64,000 bases of DNA, from assembly GCA_013115145.1 (NCBI GenBank), contig JAAPAO010000060.1:1-64000 (forward strand), given 5' to 3'. The notes under the pieces were generated by a model. That model was not told where the DNA came from. It was given only the letters and a program-made list of their open reading frames with translations, and ran no database searches. This DNA is from Perkinsus chesapeaki ATCC PRA-425. Lineage: Eukaryota > Protista > Perkinsozoa. Numbering within the stretch: position 1 is the stretch's first letter; each line of letters begins with the position of its first letter. The position numbers and the translations under genes are program-made. Positions 57,325 to 64,000 of this stretch are shown in pieces.

Positions 57325-58599
57325 TCCAAATAGATTCTGCGCATTCCTGAGATTAGGTTGAATCGGCGGGTTAGGCCCTAGCTATATCAAACTGTGCGAG
57401 ATCAACCATGGCAGGGCCGGTATCGGTGGTCTTAGTGGGATAGTGGTCGTTTGGTGGCTTCGATCATGGTAATCAGAACTGCTACGAACATCATTCTCAC
57501 GAGGAGTCCCATTCACTTTTTCTTAATCAGTTTCGTGATTCACGGAACTTTTCCTATTCGAAGAACTTGATTCGGGACCCGAATGTCGGGTTATTCTCTA
57601 AACCATTTTCAGCTCGAGTTAGAAAGTTGTTACATCACTTCAAAAGAGTACCCTAATTTTATGATTGCCAATGTTCAACTTGAATCAAAAAGTTTTAATA
57701 TGAAGTTTCCAAGTCAGAATCAAGAACTCCCAAATTCAATTAAATAGTTCTTAGTAGTAATTCAATTCATAAAGGCTTCCGTTTGACCTTCTACAATGTA
57801 GAATCTACATTGAAACAGTACGAGGCCCGAATTGAAAACTAAAATCCGTCAAAAAGAGCCGACCTCAATTTCAACCCAACATATTAATCAATAGAATCGC
57901 ATTGAGAATATTGATCCCATGCAGTACGTGTATGAGGCATGCGATCACGTTCTTCAACCATATCTGAAGACGCGGAAGTTGTAGATGAATTGAGTCGATC
58001 AGCTTATACATCGATGGCTGATGATGGGTTTCGTTGAATATATAATATCTTATCAAAGCCTTGAGCAGGACCCAAGAATATTCTATTATCATTTCCCCAT
58101 AGGCTCCGCCGGATACGGATTAGTGTCGCGTTGAAAACATCAGAGACACGCTTCTCTCTACATCATGTAGACTACATGCTTTCCATTACACTCAGATCGC
58201 GCCTCAGCAGGTGTTTCAACTTGATACACAAATTTTGTTTCACAAAACTCAATACTGGTCAAGCAGACGACGAACAATACGACCTTCGTCAGGAAATGAC
58301 GAAGGGATTCTAAGACACTCACGGCAAGGCTGAATAACTAAAGACAGATTGACTACATAATCAATAGTGGAGATTCTATTAAACGGTGATGACTTTATCG
58401 ACTCATTAATGATTGATGAGTACTCGGAAGGTATATCCCTCTTTCAACTCATTCTAATGCCGAGTACACATCTAATACCAAATACTGTACTACAAGGTCG
58501 TCAAATACATACACTGATACTTGATACTGTAAAAGAGGTTCGACTACATAAAAAGCAAAGAGTCCATAACTATTGAGGGAATGAGATATAATAGACTCG

Positions 58600-60228
58600 T
58601 CAGAAATTGACCGGGCTCGCATGCCAGAGTTCCCAACTCTCTCTCCAATCGTGAGAATAGAACCCAATATTGACCCATGCTGTTAAGAAGACTTCGGAAA
58701 CGAACGCCCAGCTATTGGCGAGATGATCGAGTGTTTCCCCTTTAATGTTTAGACCGACACCAGCGCCAGCCAGAAGGATGGATGCACTTAAACCGATTTC
58801 ACCATAGGCCGTGATCACATTTTGGGGGGCGGCAGTGATACCTAGTTTGGCATAGATAGTCGCATCAATGATGGTTCCTACAACGGGTAACTTCACACAA
58901 AATGAAACTGAGATTTTGCACTCAGCAATGAAGGTGTCCTTATCCGTATCGTCCGTAACCCTTCCTTGAATTTCAACAACAATGCTCAAGCTAACTCCTT
59001 CACCTAACTGCCATACTGTAGCAGTACCGTCAGCAATGACATCTAGTCTTAGAACACGGTCTAAGTGCTTGTCTATCACAATATCTATGTATAGCGAGGC
59101 CGCCTTGTTCTTGTCGTTCACATCATAGAACTTCATCCCAGCGCTCAAAGTGATACCCGACATAGCTGCGTTCACCTTGATAAATAAGCAGTACCGCAAA
59201 TCACTTTCACTTTTTGTTACGTTACAGCCGGATGGGTACTCGAACTTTACGAGTTGAGGTAGACGTCTCCCTCCATCATGATGAAAGAATGTATAAGTGG
59301 CCGACCCTTTTGGAACATCAAAGTAAGGGATGATGTTTTGGGCGCTGCTGCGCAAATTATCCCATGCCTTTGATGGCATCCAGTCGACGGCCATACCATC
59401 CCCAACGAAGTTTCTCTCAGACTCACATATGTGTGGGTCGTCTAGCACACCATCACATATAGTGGGAGCATCTTGATCATCAACATTTGGTACCAGCTCG
59501 AGATTCGCCGGTGTAACCTTGTACATATCATGAACACTCTTGATAGCTTCATCCACATCCAAGGAATCATTTAGAATTTGGTAGTTCGAATAGATGACTT
59601 CCTGTAGGACCTTATTATTGAAGGTATTTGAACCAATTAGCTTAACCGGCTCTTTTTCATCGATATCGGTGTAGAATGTCCAGACATTTGGGAATAGTCC
59701 GCTCGCGTACAAAGTAGTGAAGTTCGCTCCAGTATCCTTGTCAATATCGTGGGGTCCGTGCTTTATCCACTTGCGCAGCTTCTGACCAGCGACGTTGGTC
59801 TCACCCAGGTCTCTCCAATCAATATCTTTGAGGCTCGAAGCAAGCATATGGCCCAATGGATGTTGAGGCTTAGTGCTAGCGAGAGCATATGACTTATGGT
59901 TATAGAGTTGATACGTTTCAAGTCTGTCGCCCCGTTCCGCATAAGCGAAGTATTGGAACGGACGGCTGGGCATGGCCTTAATTCTGACAACACCATCCTT
60001 TGCAACCACAATATGTTCCCGCACACTGAGGGAGGCATGCTCCATACCAGGCAAAGTTAGACCATAAGTTTCCATGGCTAGAGATTTTCCACATGTGTTG
60101 GGCTTGCCCTGAGCATCTTTGGCGTCTTTGTTACAAAAAGTCGTCTTCAGCGCATGGAAAGATGCCGGTGATAGGCTCAAGACCGCGGAAGGGGTAAATG
60201 CTACGCACAAGAGAAGATAGATGGTCAT
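58600..60228 (-). CDS. Intronless secreted 542-aa two-domain protein; C-terminal amphipathic beta-strand domain ending in Phe
   Basis: Single ORF with signal peptide MTIYLLLCVAFTPSAVLS. N-domain includes WRDLGETNVAGQKLRKW. C-domain has many alternating hydrophobic strands and ends WELWHASPVNF. Confidence 0.9.
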   Translation of the reverse strand: MTIYLLLCVAFTPSAVLSLSPASFHALKTTFCNKDAKDAQGKPNTCGKSLAMETYGLTLPGMEHASLSVREHIVVAKDGVVRIKAMPSRPFQYFAYAERGDRLETYQLYNHKSYALASTKPQHPLGHMLASSLKDIDWRDLGETNVAGQKLRKWIKHGPHDIDKDTGANFTTLYASGLFPNVWTFYTDIDEKEPVKLIGSNTFNNKVLQEVIYSNYQILNDSLDVDEAIKSVHDMYKVTPANLELVPNVDDQDAPTICDGVLDDPHICESERNFVGDGMAVDWMPSKAWDNLRSSAQNIIPYFDVPKGSATYTFFHHDGGRRLPQLVKFEYPSGCNVTKSESDLRYCLFIKVNAAMSGITLSAGMKFYDVNDKNKAASLYIDIVIDKHLDRVLRLDVIADGTATVWQLGEGVSLSIVVEIQGRVTDDTDKDTFIAECKISVSFCVKLPVVGTIIDATIYAKLGITAAPQNVITAYGEIGLSASILLAGAGVGLNIKGETLDHLANSWAFVSEVFLTAWVNIGFYSHDWRESWELWHASPVNF

Positions 60229-60363
60229 TTAGTGACGAAATGACAATATTTTTGTCTAGACTTGAATAATACGATACGGTGTCGATGAAGACCACGCCGG
60301 TGGTGTGACGCCCCTTTGTCACGGCGAGCACAGGATGGACTGCGAGTTCCGTAATGAGACCCC

Positions 60364-60995
60364 TCACGCATTGCTTTGTAAGGGATCCACGCGCATACAG
60401 CTGCAGCAGGTAGAATGACTCGCTACAGCACACATCAAGCCGCTGGCTTGCCGACATTGTTGACAACAGTGTACTCGACCGTACCGTTCGAAATAGTAGA
60501 GCGCAGCTGTTGGCCTATGAGTGTACGGCGCAATACCTTCTGGACGGATCCCTTGTGCCAAATCAGGGCAATGCGATCCAGCGCGAAAGTTACTTAGGGC
60601 ACTCCGCGGATTTAGTCCCACAACATCTGCTAACAAATCCGCTTTCGGTGTGTTTTTGTCTTTGAATATCTGGAGGCGCTAGCCAACAGGAGAGAGCACT
60701 AACCAGTGTTGGTAAAGATCTACTCGAGATGGAGCCGGGGTCCGGGAGCCCGCGGCGCCATCGAGCATCGGGCCGCCCGATGGTCCTCGCCGCGAGGGCC
60801 TTGCCGGCATTCTTTGATCCAATGAGTGCCTCCACTTCCGCATAAGGCTCCGTTCTTGAAGAACGGTTCCTCAGAATGCCGGAAGCAGAAAGAATCACGA
60901 AAGCTCCGCATCAGGGCATAATGATCATGCGAACTTCGGGTATAATAAGAATGGCCAACTGCATCGATCAGTTTGGATGAACCAACTTCGCGCTG
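60364..60995 (-). CDS. Hypothetical Cys/His-rich multi-exon protein
   Basis: Open exons GHSYYTRSSHDHYALMRSFRDSFCFRH..HWIKECRQ and RYGRVHCCQQCRQ..HSTCCSC. Model unresolved. Confidence 0.3.
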
Positions 60996-61448
60996 AAAGA
61001 GTTAGAGAGCGATACGACCCAGCTGCATGTACTGAGGTCTATCTGGTCCAAACCATATTGGCATTCGGCCCCTTGTAGCTATCGTGATAGAATGCATGAT
61101 ATACGTGCTGTCACAACACTGCTGCTGAAAATACCGGCAATTTCTAGTTCAAGTAGATGTCTGAGTATATGCTGCTTTAGTATAAGTGAGCAGAAATGAG
61201 CTGGCGCAATCGGAGTGAGACTGGCGAACCGTTCGCCAGAACGGTGGTTTGGCGCAAAGGCAATTCAGCCGGAATCTTATCTATCACCCGAATCGTAGTT
61301 TACAGTTGTATCGATTAGATTAACCAGTGGCTAGTAGCACATCAAGTGTGATACATATTATATTTTATTGTGTGGGAAGTGACACTGGGTTGATAGTAGG
61401 CCATCTAGTTTCTACCAGGAACTTTCAAGTAGTTGATCCTTAAGGATA

Positions 61449-62570
61449 TTAACCGGGCTTGCTCGACTCTGAACATTCAGCTGTATCTCCCAAGTTTGGA
61501 GCGGTGCCGCCGGCACCTCTATGCTTTCTCATCAAAGATTTTCTTTCAATCTCTTCAAGGCTCTTACCAACAGTGTACAGTATGTTTGAGTATCTTGCAT
61601 TTGAAGACGTCTTCGAGGTTTTTTTCTGGAAGGGGGCCCGCTCCCCGGTTTTTCGTCATAACAAGCACCTATACAGTCGATGATGCACAGCATCAGAAAA
61701 ACAGTAACTGTGCGCTACGTTCTATGGCTCGTCTCGTGGTTCGTGAGACGCAGTTCACTCTGTGTCATCGTGAGATGGACCATTGATACTTATACGTCTT
61801 CGCCGAGAACAAGTAGAAGAAACAAGTAGAAGCCGATTCGGAGACGGTGCAGTCAAGCGATTCTCAAGGCGCCGGGGGCGCGAAGTCGGGTCGCCCTAAC
61901 AGATAACGGCCAAATTTGGCTGCCGGCAACTGGTGCCCTGCATTAGGGCCCCTAACAGCGCAGGCGGCCAGAAAGTTGGAGGTCTGCTTCAGCTCTCCTC
62001 TTCGAAAGCGACTCGTTTTGAACGAGTATCATCTTGCTCACTCGTAATTGCTTAACGCTTCTTGGCTTTTGCGTCGTCTTCGGATAGATTGCAGGTATTG
62101 GTGAAGCGACTGCCCTGGTCCACCACCGGTGCAACAGGGCGGTATTTTGTAGTGTTTGCGAATGGAATTAGTGAGACTACGAACTGTTGGCCTCTAGCTC
62201 GCAATAGAACGATACTGGAATCTAGGTGTTGTTCCGTTTTATATAAGTCTTAGAAAGGTTCCTTAAGTTGAAGACTGTGGTATGGACTTCCCAACCGGTA
62301 CTACAACACGGAGTATTTTCGCTTTGTATTAGTTTACTGTTACTCCCTATGCACCGCACTCTCCAAAGCATGTAGTCTGCTGCTAAGGGTTGTAGTCTTT
62401 AGTAGATCTTCCGCCGAGTATCCTCAGGTTGACCTGCGGTTCGCAAGTATCGAAGCCGGCTAGGACAGGCTAATGGTCGGCTGAATTACCTTGGCTTCTA
62501 TAGCCTTCTCAGGCGCTTTGTTTTTGCTCTTCCCAAATGGGCGTTGTGCCTTGAGTTGGTCAGTTTCAAT
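61449..62570 (-). CDS. Possible hypothetical multi-exon gene divergent from the VPS13-like gene
   Basis: Several open segments bounded by GT/AG (KAPEKAIEAK|VNLRILGG; QYLQSIRRRRKSQEALSNYE|GELKQ). No ATG identified. Confidence 0.2.
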
Positions 62571-62612
62571 GTAATCATCGTCGTCATTAAGTTGATTGCC
62601 TAATTTTTATTC

Positions 62613-64000
62613 ATGTCTAGCAATGCTGGTAGTTCAGCGCCTGCTAGGCGTTCATCTATTCAGAATTTCATAGTTGGGTGGCTCTCTCGATATATAGATG
62701 GCTTGCAGGACGGTCAGGCTAAGATAGAACACGATCTTTGGAATGGCGAGATGACCATAGTTAACGCCAAACTGAATACTGCGGCACTGAGCAAATACAT
62801 GCGTTCGGCGAACCTTACTGAGGGTAGTGTTGGTCGGATACGCATAAAGGTGCCCTGGAGCACTCTGCTGTCGGCTAGTACAACAGTAGAAGTTGATGAA
62901 GTGAAGGTTGAACTAAGCTCGCTGGGTTTTGCGGACAGGTTGGCTAAAGCAGGTGGCAGCCTCGAAGCTCTCAGGGCCACACTGCTGCAGGATAAGAGAG
63001 ACCTTATTGACAATCTTGTTCGGGCGATGGAGCTTAAAAGGCAGTTAGATTCAGAGGAAGTTGGAACATTCACGGGTACGCTGCTGGCTGCTATGATTAA
63101 TAGTATACAGGTAATATGGTTAATTCAATGTATGATTTATGGCATATTCTTCACCTTGTCAGATTTCTATCAAAGATGTATGCGTGTCTTTCCGCGTGAA
63201 CGGGTCTGTGATAACCTTATCCCTCGGAGAGGCGTCGGTGTTGTCGTGTAACAAGGATTGGCAGGTTGGAGCTGAAACAGCAGTGGCAGGAGAGTGGTTC
63301 AAGCGCTGCGAACTTAGCAAGCTTCGAATTGATGTCGGGGTGGATTCGCCATCCAAGTCGATACCGTTACAAGCGGAGCCTCTCGATGCCACACTGCTGA
63401 TTAGCAGCACCCAGCAGAATAGAGCGATGCACTGCTCGCTGAAGGTTAACGGTGGGAAGGTTACAATTGATAGGGAGAGGGCAAATATAATGTTGAAAGT
63501 GAACAGGACTTTGCATTCAGAGGGAAAGCTTGTTAGGCAGGCTTTGTCGTCGAATATTAAGGAAGGCGATAAGGACGTCCTTAAGGCAGAGTATCAGGCG
63601 CTTCTGGCAAATGAATCCAACGAGTCTGATCGAATCGATAATATAGAGGCATTGGTCCCTGCTGTGGACTTGGCGAGATGGCGCTATGAACGGGGGCTTA
63701 CGCTGAAAAGAAAGGAATCTGAAGGGGATCAGAAGGCCCAAGTTACATCATGGTTCGCGTCTTGGGCTGGCAAGGACGAAGTCGATAAGGTGGTCGGTAA
63801 CGCGGCGAAGGGAGCTGACACTGGCCGTAAAATGCAACGTAGTGTTACTTGGAGCTTCGAGCTTACCAATGTAACCGTCGATTGCCTACAGCATGATCGT
63901 GAAGAGACTACTCCACCGGCCTTAGGGTTCGGTCTGGGCAGACTTTTCTTTAATATTGTTATTCCTAACTTATCGTCTCCCCAGGAGTTTGCTGTTGACG
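62613..64000 (+). CDS. VPS13/chorein-N family bridge-like lipid transfer protein, 5' part (runs off the window)
   Basis: IQNFIVGWLSRYIDGL..HDLWNGEMTIVNAKLN..GSVGRIRIKVPWSTLLSASTTVEVDEVKVEL..LLAAMINSIQV is the chorein-N pattern. VPS13 and ATG2 cannot be distinguished here. Confidence 0.85.

Noticed and set aside
57871-58667. ORFs between the AT-rich block and the 542-aa gene
   Set aside because: Some protein-like segments exist on the minus strand, but no start codon or consistent splice path could be built.

Overview
Gene-dense eukaryotic DNA (~50% GC) with many very short GT-AG introns (about 30-60 nt). It is inferred to be an alveolate, most likely Perkinsus-like; no search was run to confirm this. 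Most ORF-track entries are single exons or antisense shadows, so gene models were spliced by hand and internal boundaries are approximate. Confident genes: vanin/pantetheinase, prohibitin-like, CBP3/UQCC1, a RAP-domain protein, AKTIP/FTS, AAR2, PPAN/SSF1, pyroglutamyl peptidase I, PRP17/CDC40, an FkbM-like methyltransferase, a TBC Rab-GAP, GRP94, a MORN protein and the 5' part of a VPS13/chorein-N gene. Most unusual observations: (1) three tandem Thr-rich mucin-like genes sharing a signal-x-x-G-C motif and no C-terminal anchor, suggesting N-terminal Cys lipidation; (2) a six-gene tandem array of four TM-RING-H2 E3 ligases plus two RING-less TM paralogs; (3) a 267-bp TA-flanked Tc1/mariner-type MITE in a PPAN intron; (4) a type II membrane-anchored pyroglutamyl peptidase; (5) an intronless secreted 542-aa protein with a beta-strand-rich C-terminal domain ending in Phe; (6) an F-box-like segment fused to a TBC domain; (7) recurrent perfect palindromes with a 1-nt spacer. 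No CRISPR array, rRNA or intact tRNA was found.
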